Below are positions 1 to 8,778 of a stretch of 25,358 nt of DNA, piece after piece (the stretch's first letter is position 1; each line of letters opens with the position of its first letter). The stretch lies in contig JBAXOY010000039.1 of NCBI GenBank assembly GCA_037133055.1, positions 1 to 25,358 of the forward strand, in the 5' to 3' direction. The DNA comes from Chlamydiota bacterium. GTDB lineage: Bacteria; Auribacterota; Tritonobacteria; UBA1439. The position numbers and the translations under genes are program-made. A model generated the notes under the pieces. It had not been told where the DNA came from and did no database searches. It saw only the letters and a program-made list of their open reading frames with translations.

Positions 1-90
1 ACCGTAATTTTATCAAATGTGCGGCAAAATAGGATTACTCGGACAGGCTCCTAGCGGGTGCGCCCTGCCGGGCCCGCACCAAGAATAATT

Positions 91-115
91 AGGGGAGACC
101 GTTCAGGTCTCCCCT
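91..115. terminator. Perfect 10-bp stem-loop, possible intrinsic terminator
   Basis: AGGGGAGACC-GTTCA-GGTCTCCCCT; on the minus strand it is followed by AATTATTCTT (a weak U tract). Confidence 0.45.
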
Positions 116-231
116 CACAATAACTGGCGGGCATGATGGATATCCCAGAGCGTTGACAATTATGGACGTATTGAGGATATACTTCAAAAGGGTTAGGGAC
201 GGCCACCAAATAATAATAATCGCTTCTTGAC

Positions 232-554
232 TCAGCGTGATTCATCCCGTTCGCAATAATCCCTTAGAAAATCTACAAAGGAATTAACAAAACAATGCTC
301 TTTCTCCTTGGCTTTAAGCTCTCTTCCCGTTTGAGTTATGCTTTTTTCTAAGTCACTTAAACATGGCTTGTAATCAGCGGATTCGAATGGATGACCTACA
401 GTAGCGAAAACTCATTTAGCAATTTTAGCTCCATACGAAACGCTTTTAACTGAGTTTGAAACTGTTCAATTTCATTATGAATACGGCTTAACTTAGATTC
501 GTACTTCTACAGAAGCACTCTGTAATCACTGCGTCTTCGTGCTTGTATTACCAT
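232..554 (-). pseudogene. Disrupted ~107-aa helical/coiled-coil hypothetical protein
   Basis: Strong SD AAGGAGGT, then ATG at 554 overlapping the protease 3' end. Reads MVIQARRRSDYRVLL*KYESKLSRIHNEIEQFQTQLKAFRMELKLLNEF with an in-frame TAG at 507-509. After a 1-nt shift near 405 it continues ATVGHPFESADYKPCLSDLEKSITQTGRELKAKEKEHCFVNSFVDFLRDYCERDESR to TGA at 232-234. Confidence 0.55.
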
Positions 555-1353
555 ATGTACCTCCTTTAATTAATCTATCAACTTGTTCCTGAAATGAACC
601 CGACTCAATAATTTCCTTAATAAAAGTTACAGACCAGACTCTTGAAAGACCTGTATTCTCCTCAAATATGACACGTGGACGATGAGTTTGCATACTAACC
701 GCAATTTCCTGATAAGGTAAATATTCACCAATGACGCCGATAAATTTACCTGCTAATGGATCCTCAGAAATAACGACCTTTCTTTCGGTCGATTTTATGA
801 AAGTTGATTTAAGAAATACAGGGCTTCCACTATTTCCGGGAAATGCGGCAGCGTCAATATAGTATGTTCCATCTTCATTGACTAGACTGATTATCCCGCT
901 TCTTATGACCGGGTATATTCTCTTAACAGGCTCTATCCCTGGCTGGTAAGTTAAGAAGAATATGTCGGAAATCTCCAAGGAATTATCTACAGGGAAAAAC
1001 ATTTCAGAGGGTATTGCCATTATATCATCGTCTTCATCAAACCCAAACGGGATAATTGCAATATCTACTCCTCTATTTCTATGGAATATCCATTCGGAAG
1101 AAAGCTTTGTTTTTATGTTTGATATTGAACGCGATGCTATATCTCCTCCTTTGGAATTCCAAAAAGCTCGCAAGTCGCTATCAAATAGAGTATTAGATTC
1201 CATATCCATTACAACATGCTTTGCTGTAATTAAATGAAATACGTTTTTAATTTCGGCTATAATTGCAGTGGCACAGAAGCTAACTTCCCTCTTATCGTTG
1301 GTTCGGCCTAAAAAAACTACTACTTTTTTAAAATCACTCATGAATGTTGACAT
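526..1353 (-). CDS. Trypsin-like (S1) serine protease, no signal peptide
   Basis: Catalytic triad motifs TAKHV, VDIAII and FPGNSGSPVF; SD AAGGAG upstream of the ATG. Confidence 0.85.
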   Translation of the reverse strand: MSTFMSDFKKVVVFLGRTNDKREVSFCATAIIAEIKNVFHLITAKHVVMDMESNTLFDSDLRAFWNSKGGDIASRSISNIKTKLSSEWIFHRNRGVDIAIIPFGFDEDDDIMAIPSEMFFPVDNSLEISDIFFLTYQPGIEPVKRIYPVIRSGIISLVNEDGTYYIDAAAFPGNSGSPVFLKSTFIKSTERKVVISEDPLAGKFIGVIGEYLPYQEIAVSMQTHRPRVIFEENTGLSRVWSVTFIKEIIESGSFQEQVDRLIKGGTYGNTSTKTQ

Positions 1354-1415
1354 GATTTTCTCCTTCGCTTTATTTCAGAACAGGTTCTTGCCTTTAACCT
1401 AGTTCATCCCCCGAT

Positions 1416-4094
1416 TTACCGCACCGTCAAACTCTCCCGGTCCACGGTGCCGAAGTAGACGAGGTTAGACGCCGAGGTCGTCTGCGTCACATCCACCGCC
1501 CCACCTTCGAGGACGTATGTCCCTGGCTCGATTCCCGCGAAGTTCGCCGTGAGCGCCGGGTAGCTGAGGATCGGGGAGACTACCGTGATCGGCCCCGCCG
1601 CGAACCCAAGGTACGGCACCGGCGACGGCATGAACCCCTTCCCCGACTCATACCAGAGCGTCGAGCCGTCCGGCATGACGACGCGGACGAACGGGTAAGA
1701 GGGGGTGGAGATGGGCCAGACATCGGCGAAGACCTCGATCCGGTCGGTCGTCGAGAACTCCACCTTCTGCGCCGTTAGGTCTATCGGAGGAGTCGCGGTC
1801 GGGGTGGGTGTCTCAATTGGGGGCACTGTTGGAATACCGGTAGGATGAGGAATAGTAGCGGTGGGTTCTGGAGTGGGTGTTGCTGGCAGTGTATCGTCAA
1901 AACAGTAAATCACATTGCTCAATGAACCGACATACAGTCTGCCATCTGAACCTATGGCAGGCGACCCCATGCTACCACCCGCTGCTCCAAGATGATAGCT
2001 CCATACAAAAGAGCCATTGCGGTTAATACTATATAATTGAACCCATGTGGAAAAATATAGATTGCCATTTGAACCTATAGCCGTGGAAGACCATATTGAC
2101 CCCGTTGTCTTATAACTCCATAAAAGAGCACCAGAAGTAGCAAATGAATATACATCACCTGCCTCATCCCCGACATAGATGCTACCATCAGAATCTATAG
2201 CTGGCGAAGACACCAAACAGTCTGACCCTAAAGTATAACTCCATAACCGAGTGCCATTTGAATTGAGGGCAAAGAATATATTTGCTGTATTTTGTCCAAT
2301 ATAGATATGTCCATCAGAAGATATAGATGCAGAACTATCAATTAAATTACCGGTATTATAGCTCCATAACCGTGAGCCATTGGAATTAATAGCATAAAGC
2401 CTGCTATCCCATGAGCCAATAAATACCTTTCCATTTGAATCAATGGCAGGAGACGGATAATCCATGGTCCCAGCCGCGCGATAACTCCATGAGAGACTGC
2501 TGCCCGAATTAAATGCATATAGCGTATTATCCCCTCCTCCAATGAAGGCACGTCCATCGGAAGTAATCGCAGGTGAAGAACGGATATAGTTTCCTGTTAA
2601 CCTGCTCCAGAGGAGTGTCCCATTAGAGGCAAAGGCATAGAGCATCCTATCCAGGGAGCCTACATAAATTCTTCCATCAGTACCAATGGCTGGAGAAGAC
2701 TCCACATCATCATCTGTCACATAGCTCCAAGAAAATGTGCCATTTGGGTGAAGCGCATAGAAAATGTTGTCGTCAGAGCCGGCGTACATCTCACCATCAA
2801 GATTGATAGCCGGTGAAGACCCAACACTATCTCCTACTATATAGCTCCAAGCAAGATAGACTGGATTTGGGCCAGAATATAAGCTAAGGCACGTATGCTT
2901 TGGATTCTGACCAAACATCGGCCAAGGGCCAATTGGGAGTGGGGTGATAGTAGGAGTATTCGTTGGCGTGATAGTTGGCGTTCTTGTTGGCGTAACTGTA
3001 GGGAGTGGCGAACTGGCGTAAATTGCATAAAAAATCGAATTATAGCAAGACTGATAAACCGTCCCATCTGGGCCTATGATCGGGGATGAATATAGTCTGT
3101 CCCCAATTTCATAACTCCATAAAAGAGATCCATTGGAATTGTAACAATATAGACGATTGTCAAAAGCCGTACCAACGTATGATTTAGAATTTGGGTCTAT
3201 TGCCGCAGATGAGACGAGCATTCCTCCGGTTGAATGCTTCCACCACAAGTGCCCATCTTCTGTGAGACAATAGAAATATCCATCCTGAGATCCTATAAAT
3301 ACGCGCCCATCTGCACCCAATGAAGGCGTCTCACTAACAAAGCCCTCCGTTTTAAAACTCCACAAAAAAGAACCTACCGAATTCACTGCATAAATCCTGT
3401 TATCCAAAGAGCCGATAAATACCCTACCATCAGAGCCTATAGCAGGTGATGAAGTAACCTCAAACCCAGTCTGATAACTCCATGCCAATGAACCGTTAGA
3501 ATTAATACAATACAATCGATAATTAACTGATCCCGTATAGATTTTAGATGATGCATCTATAGCTGGGGATGACGTTACGACCCCTGCATTATATGACCAA
3601 GCTAATGTACTATTAGAATTTAAGCAAAATAATCCCGGCCCAGTATCCAAATATACTTTTCCGTCTGTTCCGATCGCAGGGATAGTATCACTTGTCCCAA
3701 TATTATAACTCCACCAGAATATTCCATAAGGATTAATACAATATAGTCTACTGCCAGAAACTGTAATAACTCTTCCATCAGATCCAATAGCCGGAGATTG
3801 ATTAGAGGCACTTCCTGGATAATAACTCCATTCAAAGGCTCCATTGGAATCAAGGCATGTTAATCCTAAGTAAATTCTATTATCTAAACCCATGGCAGGG
3901 GACCCGCCGCTCAGATGGTAACTCCAACGAAGGCCAGCGTAAGAAGAACCTGCATAAGAACTCCGGCCAGTATGTTTCTCGTCATGTTTAAACATAGACC
4001 AAGGGCCGGAATATAATTGCCCATAACTACGCAAGGGAGAAAAAGTAAGGGCGGAGAAAATAACTAGAGTGCGGAAATTAGCTAAATATTCCAT
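1416..4094 (-). CDS. Secreted PQQ-like/BamB-type beta-propeller repeat protein: two propeller modules, Pro/Thr linkers, C-terminal beta-rich domain
   Basis: ~40-aa repeats W-S-Y...SSPAI.DG..Y.GS.D..LY; two module starts GPWxMF...KHT; two TPTP linkers; hydrophobic N-terminus; GAGG SD before ATG at 4094 (the track start at 4139 is probably too long). Confidence 0.85.
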   Translation of the reverse strand: MEYLANFRTLVIFSALTFSPLRSYGQLYSGPWSMFKHDEKHTGRSSYAGSSYAGLRWSYHLSGGSPAMGLDNRIYLGLTCLDSNGAFEWSYYPGSASNQSPAIGSDGRVITVSGSRLYCINPYGIFWWSYNIGTSDTIPAIGTDGKVYLDTGPGLFCLNSNSTLAWSYNAGVVTSSPAIDASSKIYTGSVNYRLYCINSNGSLAWSYQTGFEVTSSPAIGSDGRVFIGSLDNRIYAVNSVGSFLWSFKTEGFVSETPSLGADGRVFIGSQDGYFYCLTEDGHLWWKHSTGGMLVSSAAIDPNSKSYVGTAFDNRLYCYNSNGSLLWSYEIGDRLYSSPIIGPDGTVYQSCYNSIFYAIYASSPLPTVTPTRTPTITPTNTPTITPLPIGPWPMFGQNPKHTCLSLYSGPNPVYLAWSYIVGDSVGSSPAINLDGEMYAGSDDNIFYALHPNGTFSWSYVTDDDVESSPAIGTDGRIYVGSLDRMLYAFASNGTLLWSRLTGNYIRSSPAITSDGRAFIGGGDNTLYAFNSGSSLSWSYRAAGTMDYPSPAIDSNGKVFIGSWDSRLYAINSNGSRLWSYNTGNLIDSSASISSDGHIYIGQNTANIFFALNSNGTRLWSYTLGSDCLVSSPAIDSDGSIYVGDEAGDVYSFATSGALLWSYKTTGSIWSSTAIGSNGNLYFSTWVQLYSINRNGSFVWSYHLGAAGGSMGSPAIGSDGRLYVGSLSNVIYCFDDTLPATPTPEPTATIPHPTGIPTVPPIETPTPTATPPIDLTAQKVEFSTTDRIEVFADVWPISTPSYPFVRVVMPDGSTLWYESGKGFMPSPVPYLGFAAGPITVVSPILSYPALTANFAGIEPGTYVLEGGAVDVTQTTSASNLVYFGTVDRESLTVR

Positions 4095-4775
4095 CACTAC
4101 CTCTTTGTAAGATGCGTAAATAATATCATGGTTTTGCACCGAGAAAACCTGTTTTTGATACCTGTTTTATACCCACCAGTTCTTTGTGACTCTGAAAAAG
4201 TTGCAATCAAACTACCACTGATGCCTGGATAGCCCAGTTTATCAATAGGAATTTGAAATGCATCCGCATTGGGTATCATTGGCAATACCTTCATCATCTT
4301 ATTGAGGTTTATAAAAGTAATGGAATGTCCTGTAGTTTAAATCATCTTATTTTACTGGCATTTTAAAGGATCGGGTGTTCCATTATATATGCAAAGCTCA
4401 ATATTATTGGCAGCTTCGCCTATCTTAACATATTAGCCATCAGAACGATCCTCTGCTCCGGATGACGTTAAGCTCCTCCTTATCATAGGTCACAAAATCA
4501 GGGTGGGTTGAGAGTAGGTACACCTGTAAATCGGTGAAATCAGGAACTTTCACGCCGGTGGTCACAACGCGAGCGCGAAGTTCACTATACGATAGTAGTG
4601 CCGTCTAAAAGAGCACTTGATGGGCACATGCGTGTCGTCTCCGGGCGCGTGGTACTGATGCAAACGGAACGTGCGAAGGGGGTTCCCAGCGTAGAACGCG
4701 ACTCTCCCTAACTTTAGACAATCATGGCACTTCGACCATTCAGGCATTTAGCCTATCCCAGCCTCTTTGCTGGCA

Positions 4776-5222
4776 CTAACTTATGCGTGCTAAACTCGTC
4801 GCGTATTTCGACAGCAAAGCCGTATCTTCCTCGCAAAGTTTTCGAATGAACTGAAGCGCTTTAGCGATTTTCCTTCCACTGAGTTCTATCTTTTTGCCAC
4901 TTGCAAAGTTTAGTCTCTTGAGCAACGGTACAAGATCGCTCTGGACCTTTGGATCAAATATACTACTGGCTTTTTCATCTCCTCTTGCGCGGTAGCTATA
5001 TTCATTTGCGGGATCTCTGTAAAGGCTTTCTATTTGGATCTTCTGAAGTAAGCGCCACTCATCGGGGGCACTCGGCCCGGCTTGAATAATCACCCAAAGT
5101 GTATCGCGGGGCTTCACTATTTGGTGAAATCTTGTTGTCTTTGTCCCCCATTCGTTGACTAATGCGTAAGGGCCTTTCATCGCATCCCAATAGTTTTTGA
5201 AATAAATTAGAAAGTGATCCAT
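4776..5222 (-). CDS. Hypothetical protein (148 aa)
   Basis: Clean ORF in AT-rich DNA with globular-looking composition and a GGGGA SD-like motif upstream. Confidence 0.7.
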   Translation of the reverse strand: MDHFLIYFKNYWDAMKGPYALVNEWGTKTTRFHQIVKPRDTLWVIIQAGPSAPDEWRLLQKIQIESLYRDPANEYSYRARGDEKASSIFDPKVQSDLVPLLKRLNFASGKKIELSGRKIAKALQFIRKLCEEDTALLSKYATSLARIS

Positions 5223-5408
5223 AGCTCAATCCCCATTTTCACGCTGACATTACGATAATGTCTTTAGGGTAATGGATATACTTGTATAGGGACTCAAGCG
5301 CCCTCCCTATCTACTAAGCTTGCCTTCACCCTATTACGCGATACATCCCTTCTGTGATTGAAGCATCCAGAGGCTCACGAGCCGCTTCTGATCCAATGAA
5401 ACCAAAGG

Positions 5409-5730
5409 TCATGGAACTACACTACACGGCACAATCTGACTTTGGTTGATTGTGGTCCCTTCTCGGGTCTCTGTCAACTGGTTTTGTTGCTGGTTTTGTT
5501 GCTGGTGTTGCTGGTTCACCTCCTTACGCATGGGGCGTTGTTCGTTGATCTTTCGTTGCCGTTCCTCGACGATGGCTGTCCGTTGACCGGTGTGGGCCTG
5601 GTGGGGCGTCAATACCGAAGTGGTAGTGTTTGTTATTGTACCACGGCACGTAGACACCTAAGTAGGCCACGGCTTGGACGTCGTCCCGAAAGCGGTCCGG
5701 GAACTCCGGGTCGGTTTTTACGGTACTGTG
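5409..5730 (-). mobile_element. IS3-family-like transposase C-terminal remnant, truncated and frameshifted
   Basis: Joining two track ORFs across a shift near 5605-5612 gives STVKTDPEFPDRF...YVPWYNNKHYHFGI/TPHQAHTGQRTAIVEERQRK, which matches the integrase-core tail pattern WYN.H.HSGI...TP.Q.H.G. Confidence 0.75.
5478..5516. repeat. 12-bp tandem repeat CTGGTTTTGTTG x2 plus degenerate copies
   Basis: Read directly; encodes NQQHQQQNQQQNQ in the transposase remnant tail. Confidence 0.85.
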
Positions 5731-5845
5731 TGAAATTATTACGACTAATCCACGCAATGCCCTTGACCTGATGCCTCGCGTCCCATGGAGTTCATTCAGA
5801 TCGGTGTATTACCCTCCAATTCATCAACCGGATCACTATACCTCT

Positions 5846-6097
5846 TCACCGATACACTTCCCTTCGATGGCCGACCGCGATGATGAGCACGCGGGGAGGC
5901 TGTGTCTCCAGGCGATACACGATGCGCAATGCCCCCACCCGGTATCTCCTCAAGCCCTTGAATTCGCCGAGGAGCATTTCACCGCGCAGCGGATCCCCGG
6001 AGAGGATGCGCACCGCTTCGGCGCATCGCACCCGATCCTCGCGCGCGAGGTTTTTGATATTCTTCATCGCCCTCTTCGTGAGAAATACCGGCGGCAT
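5846..6097 (-). CDS. relE: Type II toxin, RelE/ParE family
   Basis: 83 aa, basic; L.GEFKGLRRYRVGALRIVY and VGHRREVY motifs; TGATG overlap with the antitoxin stop. Confidence 0.9.
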   Translation of the reverse strand: MPPVFLTKRAMKNIKNLAREDRVRCAEAVRILSGDPLRGEMLLGEFKGLRRYRVGALRIVYRLETQPPRVLIIAVGHRREVYR

Positions 6098-6366
6098 CAG
6101 AGGGGCTCCTCAAAGACTTCTTCAAACGAATAGACGGCCCCGCTCTCGGCGCACTTCAGGCCGTCCCTGATGTCCCTGACCAGTCCCCTGTCCGACAACA
6201 CGTCCTGGGTGGCCAGCAGGCTTTTATACTCCTCATAGCTGATGAGCGCCGCGGCGGGCCCCCCCCGCTTGGTGATGATGTAATGATCGGGGACCTTCCC
6301 CAGTTCCGAGATCAGAGTCATGAGCCGCTTCCTGAACGCGCTTACCGGGATCACCTGTGTCGCCAT
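6097..6366 (-). CDS. Type II antitoxin, Phd/YefM family
   Basis: IPVSAFRKRL...YIITKRGGPAAALISYEEY N-terminal fold motif, acidic C-terminus, GGAGG SD. Confidence 0.9.
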   Translation of the reverse strand: MATQVIPVSAFRKRLMTLISELGKVPDHYIITKRGGPAAALISYEEYKSLLATQDVLSDRGLVRDIRDGLKCAESGAVYSFEEVFEEPL

Positions 6367-6384
6367 GGGGGCCTCCTCATATTA

Positions 6385-6414
6385 GTGTACGTTTAATTGT
6401 ACTCTTCTTCGTAC
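6385..6414. promoter_or_regulatory. Putative antitoxin autoregulatory operator
   Basis: GTAC cores at 6387, 6399 and 6411 (exact 12-bp period) immediately upstream of the SD. Confidence 0.65.
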
Positions 6415-6551
6415 CACAATGCAACCCCCGATTGATGCATACGGGGGCATTTTCACGGTCCTTGATGCGGGGAATAGCACTTTCTGGCGAGCAGTATTTG
6501 ATCTCTTTGCTCATTACGCCATGTGCACGACGGCGTCACTGAGCGGCGGAA

Positions 6552-6840
6552 CTACTGAACGTGCAGCACTTCCTTTATCCGGCCGATTTTCTTGTCCTGC
6601 CTGTCGACGTCCTTCAGGATTATCCCCACTTCGCCCACGACCCTCTTGACCGCCTCGAAGGTGAACACCCGCTCCTGATCAAGGCGATTCAGGATCGTGA
6701 TCAGCGTCCTGCCCCCGGGCGATGGAATCCATCCCGGCATCAAACTCCGGTTTGGTCAGCAACCCTTGGATAGTTTCCCTGTGTTTCGAAACCTCGACGG
6801 CGATCTTTGCCACGCTTTGTTCCAGGAATATTTTTTCCAT
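6552..6840 (-). pseudogene. Frameshifted small coiled-coil protein (~95 aa)
   Basis: ATG at 6840 reads MEKIFLEQSVAKIAVEVSKHRETIQGLLTKPEFDAGMDSIARGQD; a shift near 6705 continues LITILNRLDQERVFTFEAVKRVVGEVGIILKDVDRQDKKIGRIKEVLHVQ. The span is 289 nt (3n+1). Confidence 0.65.
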
Positions 6841-6854
6841 CTCACGATCCCGGA

Positions 6855-7649
6855 TCAGTCGCCGCTCTCGTCGACGAAGGCGCGGATCTTTTTCAGGTCA
6901 TCCCACGCCTTGCGCTTGTCGGCGGGGTTGCGGAGGAGGTAGGCGGGGTGAAAGGTGGGGAGGATCTTGATGCCGTGGTAGTCGTGGAAGCTGCCGCGGA
7001 GCCTGTTGATGCCGGTGTCGGTCTTTAAGAGCGTCTGGGCCGCGTGGCGCCCGAGGGCGCAGATCAGGTGCGGCTTGAGGAGGGAGAGCTGATCGAGGAG
7101 GTACGGCTCGCAGCAGTCGACCTCGTCCGGCTGCGGGTCCCGGTTGCCCGGCGGGCGGCACTTGAGGACGTTCGTGATGTAGACGTCCCCCCGATTGAAG
7201 CCGACGGCATCGAGCATCTTCGTCAGGAGCTGCCCCGCGCGCCCGACGAACGGGAGCCCCTGCCGGTCCTCTTCCGCCCCCGGGGCCTCGCCGATGAAAA
7301 GCACGGGGGGACGGGTCGAGCCGGCGCCGAAGACGGTGCGCGTCCGCGTCTTCGCGAGGCCGCACTTCCGGCATTTCGAGACGGTCTTCTCGAGCTTCCC
7401 GAGGGCGGCGGCCACATCAGATTCCGCGGCCGGCTCCGGGGATTTCCGCTCGATGGATCTTGGCTTCACATCCGCGGCGGGGGACCGGCGTTCAGGGGGG
7501 AGGCTGAATGCTTCCGCCGTAACAAAGGCGGGGTCGGGAACATTCCCCGCGGCGATGGAGATCCGCTCGACCCCCGACTCGGCGAGGCGATCGAGGAGAT
7601 CGCCGGTGAGGCGGACGATCTCCTTCAGGTCGGCACGGTCGTCATTCAC
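6855..7649 (-). CDS. udg: Uracil-DNA glycosylase, family 4 (Fe-S cluster type)
   Basis: [28 protein letters not shown] and HPAYLLRN motifs; the GTG start at 7649 overlaps the upstream TGA (GTGA). Confidence 0.92.
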   Translation of the reverse strand: MNDDRADLKEIVRLTGDLLDRLAESGVERISIAAGNVPDPAFVTAEAFSLPPERRSPAADVKPRSIERKSPEPAAESDVAAALGKLEKTVSKCRKCGLAKTRTRTVFGAGSTRPPVLFIGEAPGAEEDRQGLPFVGRAGQLLTKMLDAVGFNRGDVYITNVLKCRPPGNRDPQPDEVDCCEPYLLDQLSLLKPHLICALGRHAAQTLLKTDTGINRLRGSFHDYHGIKILPTFHPAYLLRNPADKRKAWDDLKKIRAFVDESGD

Positions 7650-8749
7650 TTGTTGTAGAAGCCCACGACGGTCTTCGCGACCTCGGCGACCTGCTCGGGC
7701 TTGAGCTCCGGGTAGATGGGAAGCGCCAGCGTCTCTTCGGCGGCGCGTTCGGATTCCGGGAGATCGCCCTTTTTGTATCCAAGACCTGCGAAGCATTCCT
7801 GGAGATGGAGCGGCACCGGGTAGTAGATCGCGCAGCCGATCCCATCGGCCTTCAGGCGCTCCATGAGCTTCGCGCGGTTCTTCACCCTCACGACGAACTG
7901 GTTGTAGACGTGCCGCACGTAGGGGAGCTCGACCGGGGCGGCCACCGGGCTCCCCCCGAACTGCTCCCGGTAGAGCGCCGCGTGCGCGCGCCGCTTCGCG
8001 GTCCACTCATCGAGGCGGTTCGCCTTCACGAGGAGCACCGCCGCCTGGAGCTCGTCGAGGCGGCTGTTGTAGCCGATGACCTTGTGGATGTAGCGCGGCT
8101 TGGCGCCGTGCTCGCGGAGGATGCGGAGGCTCTCGAAAAGCCCGGGGTCTTTCGTGAAGAGCATCCCGCCGTCCCCCATCCCGCTCAGATTCTTGGTGGG
8201 ATAGAAGCTCACGCAGCCGATGTCGCCGATGGCGCAGACCCGCTTCCCCTTGTACTCGGCGCCGATGGCCTGGCACGCATCCTCGATGATGCGCACGCCC
8301 CACTCATTGGAGAGGGCGAGGAGCGGCTCCATCTCTGCCGGCTGCCCGTAGAGGTGGACCGGGATGATCGCCTTGGTCCGCACGTTGATCTTCTTCTCGA
8401 CGTGGCGGCAGTCGAGGTTGTAGGTGCGAGGGTCGATATCCACGAAGACGGGGGTCGCGCCCACGAGCGCGATCGAGCTCGCGGTGGCGAAAAAGCTGTA
8501 GGTGGTGGTGATGACCTCGTGGCCGGGCCCGACGCCCGCGGCCCTGAGCGCGAGGATGAGCGCGTCCGTGCCGGAGGCGCATCCGACGGCGTAGGGCGCG
8601 TCCACGTACGCGGCAAGCTCCTTCTCGAGGGCCGCCCCCCTCTCCCCGAGGATATACTTTCCGCTCCGGGCGACATCGAGAAGAGCCTTCTCCAGCTCGG
8701 ACTGGAGTCCGCGGTAGTGGGCGGTCACGTCAAGAAACGGCACGGCCAT
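7646..8749 (-). CDS. DegT/DnrJ/EryC1/StrS family PLP aminotransferase
   Basis: [31 protein letters not shown] and [11 protein letters not shown] motifs. Confidence 0.93.
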   Translation of the reverse strand: MAVPFLDVTAHYRGLQSELEKALLDVARSGKYILGERGAALEKELAAYVDAPYAVGCASGTDALILALRAAGVGPGHEVITTTYSFFATASSIALVGATPVFVDIDPRTYNLDCRHVEKKINVRTKAIIPVHLYGQPAEMEPLLALSNEWGVRIIEDACQAIGAEYKGKRVCAIGDIGCVSFYPTKNLSGMGDGGMLFTKDPGLFESLRILREHGAKPRYIHKVIGYNSRLDELQAAVLLVKANRLDEWTAKRRAHAALYREQFGGSPVAAPVELPYVRHVYNQFVVRVKNRAKLMERLKADGIGCAIYYPVPLHLQECFAGLGYKKGDLPESERAAEETLALPIYPELKPEQVAEVAKTVVGFYNK

Positions 8750-8778
8750 GGTCATCCCCTCTCAGGCGTCGGCGCGAT

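Noticed and set aside
1900..3990. Recurrent DNA similarity at ~120-bp period
   Set aside because: Explained by the protein-level beta-propeller blade repeats.
4097..4747. Small ORFs of 66 and 61 aa, and possible integron attC sites between island genes
   Set aside because: No convincing SD or motifs, and I found no paired RYYYAAC/GTTRRRY boxes; probably decayed sequence.
5470..5640. AAC-rich minus-strand tract as a DGR template repeat
   Set aside because: No reverse transcriptase or matching variable repeat in the window; the transposase remnant's Q/N tail explains it.
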